This document shows, in pieces, positions 1-8,351 of a DNA stretch of 64,000 nt. The stretch's first letter is position 1, and every line of letters starts with the position of its first letter. The stretch lies in assembly GCA_963708135.1 (NCBI GenBank), contig OY970192.1, forward strand, positions 64,001 through 128,000. The letters are read 5' to 3'. The position numbers and the translations under genes are program-made. The notes under the pieces were generated by a model that ran no database searches, was not told the DNA's origin, and worked only from the letters and a program-made list of their open reading frames with translations. Source of the DNA: an uncultured Gemmatimonadales bacterium. Its GTDB lineage: Bacteria > Gemmatimonadota > Gemmatimonadetes > Longimicrobiales > RSA9.

Positions 1-921
1 CACGAGGACCTCGAGATCATCGCCGTAGACGATGGCTCCACGGACGGCACCTTCGACCTGCTGCTCGACCGGGCCGCGCGCGATCGCCGTGTCCGCCCCA
101 TGCGCTCGCGCGGGCGGGGACTCGTGCGCGCGCTCGGCACCGCGCTCGCCGCCGCGCGCGGCCAGCTCGTGGCGCGCATGGACGCCGACGACATCGCGGA
201 CCCGCGCCGCCTCGAGCTCCAGGCCGCGCTCCTCGCCGCGGAGCCGCGCGTGGCGGCCTGCGGAACCCATGTGCGCTACTTCCCGCGCGAGCGGCTCGGG
301 ACCGGCGCGCGCCGCTACGAGGCGTGGCTGGGCTCCATGGACTCTCCCGAGAGCGTGGAGCGCGAGATCTTCGTGGAGTGTCCGATCGCGCATCCCACGC
401 TCCTGGCCCGCCGGTCAGCGCTCCACGCCGTGGGCGGCTACCGCGACATGGGCTGGCCCGAGGACTACGACCTGGTGCTCCGCCTCTGGGCCGCCGGGCA
501 TCGCCTGGGCGTCGTGCCGGAGGTGCTGCTCGCCTGGCGGGAGGGCGGTGCCCGGCTGTCGCGCACGAGTCCGCTCTACGCGCCCGCCGCCTTCCGCCGC
601 TGCAAGGTCGAGTTCATGCGCCGGACGCTGCTCCAGGGGCGCGACGGCGTGGTGGTGTGGGGCGCCGGCTCCGTGGGCAAGCCGTTCGCGCGCGAGCTCG
701 CGGCGCACGGCGTCGCCATCCGGGCGTTCGTGGACCTCGACCCCCGCAAGATCGGGCAGGAGATCCACGGCGCGCCCGTCGTGGCGCCCGGGCACATCGA
801 CGCCTACCGCGGTGCGTTCTGTGTCGCCGCCGTCGGCACCCCCGGCGCCCGCGGCGACATCCGCGCCGCGCTCGATGCCGCCGGCTGGCGCGAGATGGCC
901 GACTGGTGCGCGGTGGCCTGA
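1..921 (+). CDS. Glycosyltransferase family 2 (5'-truncated by the window edge)
   Basis: Frame open from base 1: HEDLEIIAVDDGSTDGT; RMDADD (DXD) and EDYDL motifs; Rossmann-like C-terminus (VWGAGSVG). Confidence 0.9.
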   Translation, partial: HEDLEIIAVDDGSTDGTFDLLLDRAARDRRVRPMRSRGRGLVRALGTALAAARGQLVARMDADDIADPRRLELQAALLAAEPRVAACGTHVRYFPRERLGTGARRYEAWLGSMDSPESVEREIFVECPIAHPTLLARRSALHAVGGYRDMGWPEDYDLVLRLWAAGHRLGVVPEVLLAWREGGARLSRTSPLYAPAAFRRCKVEFMRRTLLQGRDGVVVWGAGSVGKPFARELAAHGVAIRAFVDLDPRKIGQEIHGAPVVAPGHIDAYRGAFCVAAVGTPGARGDIRAALDAAGWREMADWCAVA

Positions 922-1013
922 GCCCGTGATAGCGGAACCCGCGGCTGCCGATGATGGTTGAACGAGAATCGCGCCGGACCCGCCGGCGCGGCGGGGCCGA
1001 GCCGGGAGGGGGA

Positions 1014-1757
1014 GTGTCGATCGAATCGGCGGAGGACTTCGAGGCGCTGAAGCGGGCTGGCGTCGTCGTGGCACGAGCGCTCGCGGCCATGCGGGCGGCG
1101 GTCGCCCCGGGCGTGCGCACGGTCGACCTCGATGCCGTGGCCGCCGACGTCATGGCGGAGCACGGCGCGCGCTCCGCGCCCCGGCTGGTCTATCGCTTCC
1201 CCGGCACCACGTGCATCAGCGTCAACGAGGAGGCGGTGCACGGGATCCCCGGTGCGCGCGCGCTCCGCGACGGCGACGTCGTCTCGCTGGATGTGACGGT
1301 CGAGCTGGATGGCTACTTCGCCGACGCGGCCGTCACGGTGGCCGTGCCGCCCGCCTCACCCGTGGCGAGTCGGCTGATCGCGGCCGCCGAGGCCGCCTTC
1401 TGGAAGGGCGCCGCGGCCGCGCGTCCCGGCGCCCGGGTCTGCGACGTGGGCGGCGCCATCGAGGCGGAGGTGCAGCGGTGGGGGTTCCGCACGCTGCGCC
1501 AGCTGTGCGGCCACGGCATCGGCAGGACCATCCACGAGCCGCCCAGCGTGGTGAACTACTACGAGCCGCGGCTCCACGACCGGCTGGCCGAGGGGCAGGT
1601 CATCGCCATGGAGCCGATCGTGTCCACCCGCACCCGCCGGAGCCGCACCCTGCCCGACGGCTGGACCGTCGTGAGCGCCGACGGCGGCCTCGCCGCGCAC
1701 TACGAGCACACGATCGTGATCACCGCCGGCGAGCCGGTCCTGCTGACCGCCGCCTGA
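1014..1757 (+). CDS. map: Type I methionyl aminopeptidase, copy 1
   Basis: GTG start after GGAGG; CISVNEEAVHGIP, SLDVT, ADAA, GHGIG..IHE, MEP and HYEHT metal-ligand motifs. Confidence 0.93.
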   Translation: MSIESAEDFEALKRAGVVVARALAAMRAAVAPGVRTVDLDAVAADVMAEHGARSAPRLVYRFPGTTCISVNEEAVHGIPGARALRDGDVVSLDVTVELDGYFADAAVTVAVPPASPVASRLIAAAEAAFWKGAAAARPGARVCDVGGAIEAEVQRWGFRTLRQLCGHGIGRTIHEPPSVVNYYEPRLHDRLAEGQVIAMEPIVSTRTRRSRTLPDGWTVVSADGGLAAHYEHTIVITAGEPVLLTAA

Positions 1758-1769
1758 GCGGGGTGCCGC

Positions 1770-1911
1770 TCAGCCCGACGCGCGGCTCGGCGGCCCGAGC
1801 GCCGAGCCGTCCTTCTTCACGACCCGCACCGACAACCCCGCCGGAGCGCCGGCCACGCGCAGCCGCCGCACGATGCTCGCCTTCTCGGGGTCCACCACCA
1901 GCACGTAGCCA
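1770..1911 (-). pseudogene. 3' fragment of the beta-propeller gene found intact at 5571-6695
   Basis: Encodes GYVLVVDPEKASIVRRLRVAGAPAGLSVRVVKKDGSALGPPSRASG*, identical to the C-terminus of 5571-6695; homology stops at 1911. Confidence 0.88.
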
Positions 1912-1949
1912 CAGGCGGGCACCGGCAGCGGAACGATGGCGGCGGGGCC

Positions 1950-2058
1950 GGGTGCCCGCGGGGTTCCCGTTCCCGTGGGCCTGCCCCTTCGCATGCCCCT
2001 GCCCGGCTGCCTGCCGTTTCTGCCCGTCCGCGTGCCCCTGCCCGTGACCCGTGCCCGG
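1950..2058. repeat. Degenerate (TGCCCG/CCCGTG)n hexamer tract
   Basis: CCCGTTCCCGTG...TGCCCCTGCCCG...TGCCCGTCCGCGTGCCCCTGCCCGTGACCCGTGCCCG. Confidence 0.55.
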
Positions 2059-2061
2059 CCT

Positions 2062-2259
2062 CTCGTCGCCGTCGGACTGCTCCTCGCTGGCGCCGCGATG
2101 CGCCTGCTGGCGACTCTGCTTTTCGGCGTGCAACCCCGTGATCCTCTCACGTTCGCCGCCGTCGCGCTCCTGGTCCTTGCGGATGGCACGGTTGCCAGGG
2201 TGCTACCGGCGCGCGCCGTGGCCGCCGTCGTCCCGAGCCAGGCTTTACGCGCGGAGTAG
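2062..2259 (+). pseudogene. C-terminal remnant of a MacB/FtsX-type (ADOP-like) ABC permease
   Basis: LLFGVQPRDPLTFAAVALL...LPARAVAAVVPSQALRAE* matches the typical permease C-terminus; no N-terminal part present. Confidence 0.75.
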
Positions 2260-2437
2260 AGCGCTCTTGGCGAAAGGCTGGAGCAGCGCGGGCCTCTGCG
2301 GTGGCAGGATTGCGCCGCGAAGCGGGGCCGTGCTTCTCAGATTTGCGCGACGCCGGCTGGTACCCGGTCTTCGCGATTGATGGCCGACTCCGGTGGCCAC
2401 GACGCGGCAGTGCTATCGGAGAAACGAGCTTCGTCGG

Positions 2438-2986
2438 TTAGGGCACCCGCAGCCGAAGCCCGGCGCCGATGATGGCGTTATGTCTCAGGGCCCCCCGCCG
2501 GTGATCCCAGCGCACCTCGAGTTCCGGTGCGACAAACCGTGCCAGCCAGAACGCCACTCCTCCAAAAAGCGCAGCTGAGACGCCACCGTAAGGAGGGCCG
2601 GAGATGAACTCGCCGAGTTCACCACCGACGTATGGTGCGATCGCCCCACGGTGGAATCCGAAGCGGACACCCGCTCTGAGATCTGTGCCCCGACCCCCAC
2701 AGTCGGCACCCACGATGGCTGTGCACTTCAGCTCGACCTTCACATGAGCCACCTCCATGAGAACGGAGGCGAAGGGAAGCGCGCGAAACGAGAGCCGCGC
2801 CGTCTCGGTCCGGAGCGTCCCTGAACTATGGTCCTGCCCCTCCAGGGGGACCCGTGTTGCGTGCTGGAGATCCACCTCGAGCCGGCGCCAGACCGGACGC
2901 GTTCGATCCTGCCCGGCGAGAGGGGCTGCCGCTACCCACAGCATGAGAATTCCGAAAAGGGGAACGGCGGATCGCTGAATTGGCAT
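2438..2986 (-). CDS. Secreted hypothetical protein, probable small outer-membrane beta-barrel
   Basis: Signal-peptide-like N-terminus (AAAPLAG-Q); alternating beta-strand patterns (GVRFGF, APYVGG, ELEVRW, GAGLRLRVP). Confidence 0.6.
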   Translation of the reverse strand: MPIQRSAVPLFGILMLWVAAAPLAGQDRTRPVWRRLEVDLQHATRVPLEGQDHSSGTLRTETARLSFRALPFASVLMEVAHVKVELKCTAIVGADCGGRGTDLRAGVRFGFHRGAIAPYVGGELGEFISGPPYGGVSAALFGGVAFWLARFVAPELEVRWDHRRGALRHNAIIGAGLRLRVP

Positions 2987-3002
2987 GCCTATCCCCTTCT
3001 AT

Positions 3003-4492
3003 TCAGCAGCCGGTGTCTGACTGACATGTCGCGACATTCACATCAATTACCGCGGACGGCGCGTCGGCGCCACTTGTGAAACTCGCCCGCAACCGGAAAC
3101 TGGGGTCGGCCGGATCGCCCGCATAGACATATCTGGTGTAGTATGTCGATGTGCCTACCGGAACGTAAGTTGCTCCACCGTCGGTGCTGTACTGCCACAG
3201 CACGTTCGTTATGGTACCGTTCCCGCCCCAGATATCCATAGTCCACGTATAGGAGCCAGAAGTGTCAATGTAGGTTTGACCCTTCAGGTACACGGCAGTA
3301 TGCACCGAGTAGAGCAGGTATGGAGGCGAGCCGTTTAGATTGGCGAGAGAAATAACTGTGGCGCTGTTTTGCAGAACGTGCAGCAGTTCAAAATTGCTCG
3401 TTTCAGGATGCTCCGAAACCATGAGGGCCAGCGTTCCCGCTACGTATGGGGCAGCCACCGAAGTTCCGGAGGCGATGGTTATTCCACTGTCCGTCGAATC
3501 GACCGCAACGCCAGATCCCGGCGCGAGGAGGTCGATACAGCTGCCGAAATCGCTGAACGTGGCCAGCTCATCGTTTGGGTCCGTAGCTGCGACGGTGATC
3601 GCCTCTGCTGCACGCGCGGGAGAGTGGTTGCAAGCGTTGCCAGAATCATTTCCAGCCGCCACGACCACAGGCATACCCTGGTCGGCCAGCAAATTCGTGG
3701 CATCGTCAACAGCATTATCTGTTCCGCCCCCCAAACTCACGTTAGCAACAGCCGTCCCATATCTGTTTACAACAATCCAGTTTACTCCGTCTAGGATGCG
3801 GTGGTCCAATGTCCCTGGCAATCGGTCACTTGGATTGGATGGACAATAACTTGCTTTGCCACGCCAGGTTGGTCTGCTGCAATGACCGATGCGACTTCTG
3901 TACCGTGGGGCGAGCAAGGAGCCGTCGGATTTCCACCGACGCTACTATATCCGGTCCCAATACGCCCTCCCAAGCCGCTAATAGGGGCAACGCCGGAGTC
4001 GATTACGTATGCGTGCGCTGTGGAGCCGGTGTAGTAGTAGTGGTACGTCCAGTCGGCGGGGGGCGTAGCATTGTGGTCCCAAGTATGCTGGTTGACGCGG
4101 TCGAGGCCCCATGCTCCTGGGATACCGAATAGCGGCTGGGCTGTTGCCACGCCGTGGACCAGGTTCGGCTGGATACTAAGAATACGACCGATAGTGCTCT
4201 GGACAACGTCCACGGCCGCCGCGGGAATCTTCGCATGGAATCCGGCGTAGCCGTGCGGCCACCACCGGAGCAGCTTGCCGCCGTGCGCCGACAGCACGTA
4301 TTCGACCTGGGCGCGTTTTACCCCAGCGAGAGAATCCAGTCGGACGACGTACTCGTCGGGCACTCGTTGTTGGCCCGGATCGACGGCCGCGTCCACCCGC
4401 GAGTAGGGAGTGCCGGGCTGCAGCATATCTCTGCAGGCCCAGAGCGGCAGGAGAAGAGAGAGCGCGAGCAGGGCTTTGGCGAAGCGAAGCAT
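3003..4492 (-). pseudogene. Subtilisin-like S8 serine peptidase lipoprotein, frameshifted near 3797-3800
   Basis: Lipobox-like LWAC, I9-like propeptide, WGLDRV, VIDSG (Asp) and HGT (His) in ORF 3791-4492; AAGND and SGTSVAAPYVAG (Ser) in ORF 3003-3917, a different frame; GGAGG RBS upstream. Confidence 0.85.
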
Positions 4493-4600
4493 GAACTCCT
4501 CCAGGACGATAGACAGCTCGGGCGCGACGAGGCTGGAAGAAAGTTAGAGGTACATTACGTTACAACAATCCTGAAGGATCGACAAGTTAATTGTTCCAAC

Positions 4601-4699
4601 ACTGCGGCGGTGCGCGCTGCGGGCGTACGGCGCAGGCATCCATGCCGCGCTCGCCGAGGCCGGCTGGAGAAGATGGTGGAGTGCTGCGCCGTCGCCTGA
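4601..4699 (+). pseudogene. Degenerate 3' remnant of the GT2 gene
   Basis: TAAVRAAGV / IHAALAEAGW / MVECCAVA* (with frameshifts) parallels VAAVGTPGARGDIRAALDAAGWREMADWCAVA* at 823-921. Confidence 0.8.
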
Positions 4700-4814
4700 C
4701 CGGAACATCGCGGCGGCGGCGGCGGTTCAACGTCGGGTGCCGGTACGGCGGCTGGCGCTCGCGTTCGGGCGCCGACCGACTGGCGGGGATGTGACCGCGG
4801 CCGATGGAGGGGGC

Positions 4815-5558
4815 GTGTCGATCGAGTCCGAGGGTGACCTCGAGGCGCTGAAGCGCGCCGGCGCCGTGGTGGCGCAGGTGCTCGCGGCCATGCGGGCGGC
4901 GGTCGCCCCGGGCGTGCGCACGGTCGACCTCGATGCCGTGGCCGCCGACGTCATGGCGGAGCACGGCGCGCGCTCCGCGCCCCGGCTGGTCTATCGCTTC
5001 CCCGGCACCACGTGCATCAGCGTCAACGAGGAGGCGGTGCACGGGATCCCCGGTGCGCGCGCGCTCCGCGGCGGCGACGTCGTCTCGCTGGATGTGACGG
5101 TCGAGCTGGATGGCTACTTCGCCGACGCGGCCGTCACGGTGGCCGTGCCGCCCGCCTCACCCGTGGGGAGCCGGCTGATCGCCGCCGCCGAGGCCGCCTT
5201 CTGGAAGGGCGCCGCGGCCGCGCGTCCCGGGGCCCGGGTCTGCGACGTGGGCGGCGCCATCGAGGCGGAGGTGCAGCGGTGGGGGTTCCGCACGCTGCGC
5301 CAGCTGTGCGGCCACGGCATCGGCAGGACCATCCACGAGCCGCCCAGCGTGGTGAACTACTACGAGCCGCGGCTCCACGACCGGCTGGCCGAGGGGCAGG
5401 TCATCGCCATGGAGCCGATCGTGTCCACCCGCACCCGCCGGAGCCGCACCCTGCCCGACGGCTGGACCGTCGTGAGCGCCGACGGCGGCCTCGCCGCGCA
5501 CTACGAGCACACGATCGTGATCACCGCCGGCGAGCCGGTCCTGCTGACCGCCGCCTGA
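4815..5558 (+). CDS. map: Type I methionyl aminopeptidase, copy 2
   Basis: GTG after GGAGG; same motifs as copy 1; differs mainly in the first ~22 codons. Confidence 0.93.
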   Translation: MSIESEGDLEALKRAGAVVAQVLAAMRAAVAPGVRTVDLDAVAADVMAEHGARSAPRLVYRFPGTTCISVNEEAVHGIPGARALRGGDVVSLDVTVELDGYFADAAVTVAVPPASPVGSRLIAAAEAAFWKGAAAARPGARVCDVGGAIEAEVQRWGFRTLRQLCGHGIGRTIHEPPSVVNYYEPRLHDRLAEGQVIAMEPIVSTRTRRSRTLPDGWTVVSADGGLAAHYEHTIVITAGEPVLLTAA

Positions 5559-5570
5559 GCGGGGTGCCGC

Positions 5571-6695
5571 TCAGCCCGACGCGCGGCTCGGCGGCCCGAG
5601 CGCCGAGCCGTCCTTCTTCACGACCCGCACCGACAGCCCCGCTGGAGCGCCGGCGACGCGCAGCCGCCGCACGATGCTCGCCTTCTCGGGGTCCACCACC
5701 AGCACGTAGCCATCCGACTCCGCCACGTACGCCAGGTCGCCGGGACCGAAGGCGACGCCGCCCGTCGCGCCGCCGGCGCGGATCTCGTTCACCGCCCGTG
5801 CACCGCCCCGGCCATCCAGCTTCACGACCGTGAGCCCCGCTCCGCCCCCATCCGCGAGCAGGTGCTGCCCCTCGTCCGCCGCCGCGTGCCTGGGCCGCGC
5901 CGCCACGCCGATCGAATCGCTGCGCGTGCCGCGCGCCAGGTCCAGCACCGCCACCTCGTCGCGGGCCGGCACCGCCACGTACAGCTGCTGCTCGGCCGGG
6001 TCCAGCGCGAGCCCCGCCGGCGCGCCGCCCACCGGGATCGAGTCGGTGACGGATACGTGCTCCGCGTCGAGCACCAGGACCTCGCCCGCCGCCGCATCCG
6101 TGACATAGGCCCGCGAGCCGTCCGAGAGCAGCACGATCCCGCGCGGCGCCCGCCCGATCGCGTGGTCCGCCACCTTCTCGAACCCGGGCGCCTCCAGCAC
6201 CAGGGCATTCCCCCGGCCGCCATCGGCGCTCAGCACCCACAGGTGCTTCGAATCAGGCGCCCAGTCGAGCGAGGTCGGCCGCTTCACCCCCACGCTCGCC
6301 GCCTCCTCGCCTTTCGCCGCGTCGTAGATCCGGACCGAGCCGGACGCGACCGCCACCGCCGCCCAGCGCCCGTCCGGCGAGACCTTCACCACCGTCGGCA
6401 CTCCGCCCGCCCGCAGCTGCCTGAGCTCCCGCCCGCTCGCCGCGTCGTACACCCCGACCGCCCGCCCGCCCCCGAGCCCCACCCACAGCTCCGTCCGCGC
6501 GACGCTCCCCGGATCCACCGCCTCCGGGATCTCCGGCTTCGCCCGCGCCTGCCCGCCCGCTTCCGCGCGCTCCGACGGCGGCTCACGCGGCTCCTTTCGC
6601 CCCGTGCACCCCGCCCCCGTCGCAAGCACCAGCGCGCACGCCAAGACCCGCCCGACCTGCGTCCAGCCCCCGCCCGCGCCTTCCATTCCACCCAT
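5571..6695 (-). CDS. YncE/YVTN-type beta-propeller lipoprotein
   Basis: Lipobox-like GAGC; repeated blades (VKVSPDGRWAAV, LDWAPDSKHLWV, IPVGGAPAGLALDP); exact start uncertain. Confidence 0.8.
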   Translation of the reverse strand: MGGMEGAGGGWTQVGRVLACALVLATGAGCTGRKEPREPPSERAEAGGQARAKPEIPEAVDPGSVARTELWVGLGGGRAVGVYDAASGRELRQLRAGGVPTVVKVSPDGRWAAVAVASGSVRIYDAAKGEEAASVGVKRPTSLDWAPDSKHLWVLSADGGRGNALVLEAPGFEKVADHAIGRAPRGIVLLSDGSRAYVTDAAAGEVLVLDAEHVSVTDSIPVGGAPAGLALDPAEQQLYVAVPARDEVAVLDLARGTRSDSIGVAARPRHAAADEGQHLLADGGGAGLTVVKLDGRGGARAVNEIRAGGATGGVAFGPGDLAYVAESDGYVLVVDPEKASIVRRLRVAGAPAGLSVRVVKKDGSALGPPSRASG

Positions 6696-6751
6696 TCGAT
6701 CGATCCTCCTCCAGTCTTCCCCTCTCCCTAAGACTCAGGCAAGATCGCGGC

Positions 6752-6847
6752 CGCCCCTCCCCCTCCCCCTCACCCTCCCCTCACCCCAACCCGAATCCCC
6801 ACCCTCCCCCTCCCCCTCACCCTCCCTCCCCCCTCACCCCCTCCCTC
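6752..6847. repeat. Polypyrimidine tract with 16 C-runs (G-runs on the minus strand)
   Basis: Intergenic (CCCCTC/ACCCTC)-like repeats; shares a core with the reverse complement of 33631-33730. Confidence 0.85.
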
Positions 6848-6849
6848 GC

Positions 6850-6879
6850 TTGCACGGAAAGGAAAGAACGGAGTATCTT
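6850..6879 (+). promoter_or_regulatory. Putative sigma70 promoter for the amidohydrolase pair
   Basis: TTGCAC-N18-TATCTT, 45 bp upstream of the ATG at 6924. Confidence 0.45.
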
Positions 6880-6923
6880 GTCCGCCTCCTCACCCTCCTA
6901 TCCAGTCTTTCTCGGAGCTGCCA

Positions 6924-8351
6924 ATGTACGTACGCGCGTCCTGCTGGGCGCTGGCGGCGCTCGTCGCCGCCGGCTGCGCGAGCACAGGATCCCGCAGCGC
7001 CACGCCCACGCCGAAGGGCTCCGCCGCCACCACGGCGCCGCCGCCCGTGAACGAGGGTGTCGCCCCCTTCGCCTCGACCTACGAGCCGCTGCCCTCCAGG
7101 GTCACCGTCATCCGGAACGCCACCATCCTCACCGCGGCCGGGCCCGTCATCCAGGGCGGCTCCGTGCTCATGCGCGATGGCAAGGTCGTGGCGGTCGGCA
7201 AGGAGGTGCAGGCGCCCGTGGACGCGACCGTCGTGGACGCCAGCGGTGGGTGGGTGACCCCCGGCCTCATCGACATCCACTCGCACCTCGGCGACTATCC
7301 CGCGCCCGGCGTCGCGGCGGTCTCGGACGGCAACGAGGCCACCAACCCGAACACCGCGCAGGTCTGGGCGGAGCACTCCGTCTGGCCACAGGACCCCCAG
7401 TTCGCCCTCGCCCTCGCCGGCGGCGTGACCACGATCGAGATCCTGCCGGGCTCCGCCAACCTCTTCGGCGGCCGCAGCGTGGTCGTGAAGAACGTGCCCG
7501 CCCGGACGGTCCAGGCCATGAAGTTCCCCGGCGCGCCCTACGACCTCAAGATGGCCTGCGGCGAGAACCCGAAGCGCGTCTATGGCAACCGCGGCGGCCC
7601 ATCCACCCGGATGGGCAACGTGGCCGGCTACCGCGCAGCCTGGATCAAGGCGGAGCACTACAAGGAGCAATGGGACAAGTGGAGGCGCGAGGGCTCGGAC
7701 CCCGACAAGAAGCCGGTCCGCGACCTCCAGCTCGAGACGCTGATGGGAGTGCTGAACGGCCAGATCCGGGTCCAGATGCACTGCTACCGGGCCGACGAGA
7801 TGGCCGTGATGCTCGACGTGGCGAAGGAGTTCAACTACCACATCGCCGCGTTCCACCACGCCGTCGAGGCCTACAAGATCCGCGACCTGCTCAAGCAGGA
7901 CAGCGTCTGCGCCGTGATGTGGTCCGACTGGTGGGGCTTCAAGCTCGAGGCCTACGACGGCATCCGCCAGAACATCCCCCTGGTGGACGAGGGCGGCGGC
8001 TGCGCCATCCTCCACTCCGACGACCCGAAAGGCATCCAGCGCCTGAACCAGGATGCCGCCAAGGCCATGGAGGCGGGCGAGGAGGCCGACATCCACACCA
8101 CGCCGGCCGAGGCCATCCGCTGGATCACCATCAACCCCGCGAAGGCGCTGGGCATCGACCAGTGGACCGGCTCGCTCGAGCCCGGCAAGATGGCCGACCT
8201 CGTCATCTGGAACGGCACGCCGTTCAGCGTCTACTCGAGGGCGCAGAAGGTCTTCATCGACGGCGCGCTCATCTACGACCGCAACGACCCGACGAAGCAG
8301 CCGGTCAGCGATTTCCGGCTCGGAACCGTGCCGGGGGAGGTGAAGCCGTGA
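6924..8351 (+). CDS. Amidohydrolase-family lipoprotein (metal ligands intact)
   Basis: AAGC lipobox; TPGLIDIHSH, KMACGENP, HCYR, HHAVE, LHSDD, GSLEPGKMADLV. Confidence 0.9.
   Translation: MYVRASCWALAALVAAGCASTGSRSATPTPKGSAATTAPPPVNEGVAPFASTYEPLPSRVTVIRNATILTAAGPVIQGGSVLMRDGKVVAVGKEVQAPVDATVVDASGGWVTPGLIDIHSHLGDYPAPGVAAVSDGNEATNPNTAQVWAEHSVWPQDPQFALALAGGVTTIEILPGSANLFGGRSVVVKNVPARTVQAMKFPGAPYDLKMACGENPKRVYGNRGGPSTRMGNVAGYRAAWIKAEHYKEQWDKWRREGSDPDKKPVRDLQLETLMGVLNGQIRVQMHCYRADEMAVMLDVAKEFNYHIAAFHHAVEAYKIRDLLKQDSVCAVMWSDWWGFKLEAYDGIRQNIPLVDEGGGCAILHSDDPKGIQRLNQDAAKAMEAGEEADIHTTPAEAIRWITINPAKALGIDQWTGSLEPGKMADLVIWNGTPFSVYSRAQKVFIDGALIYDRNDPTKQPVSDFRLGTVPGEVKP

Larger units (their letters stand above)
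823..1911. repeat. Direct repeat copy A (GT2 3' end, map, 3' end of beta-propeller gene)
   Basis: Aligns with 4601-5712 (offset 3801 over map); near-identical from ~1079 to 1911, diverged upstream. Confidence 0.95.
4601..5712. repeat. Direct repeat copy B
   Basis: Counterpart of 823-1911. Confidence 0.95.

Noticed and set aside
3791..3793. TAG in the S8 gene as possible pyrrolysine or readthrough
   Set aside because: The downstream half is in a different frame, and an in-frame TAA follows three codons later
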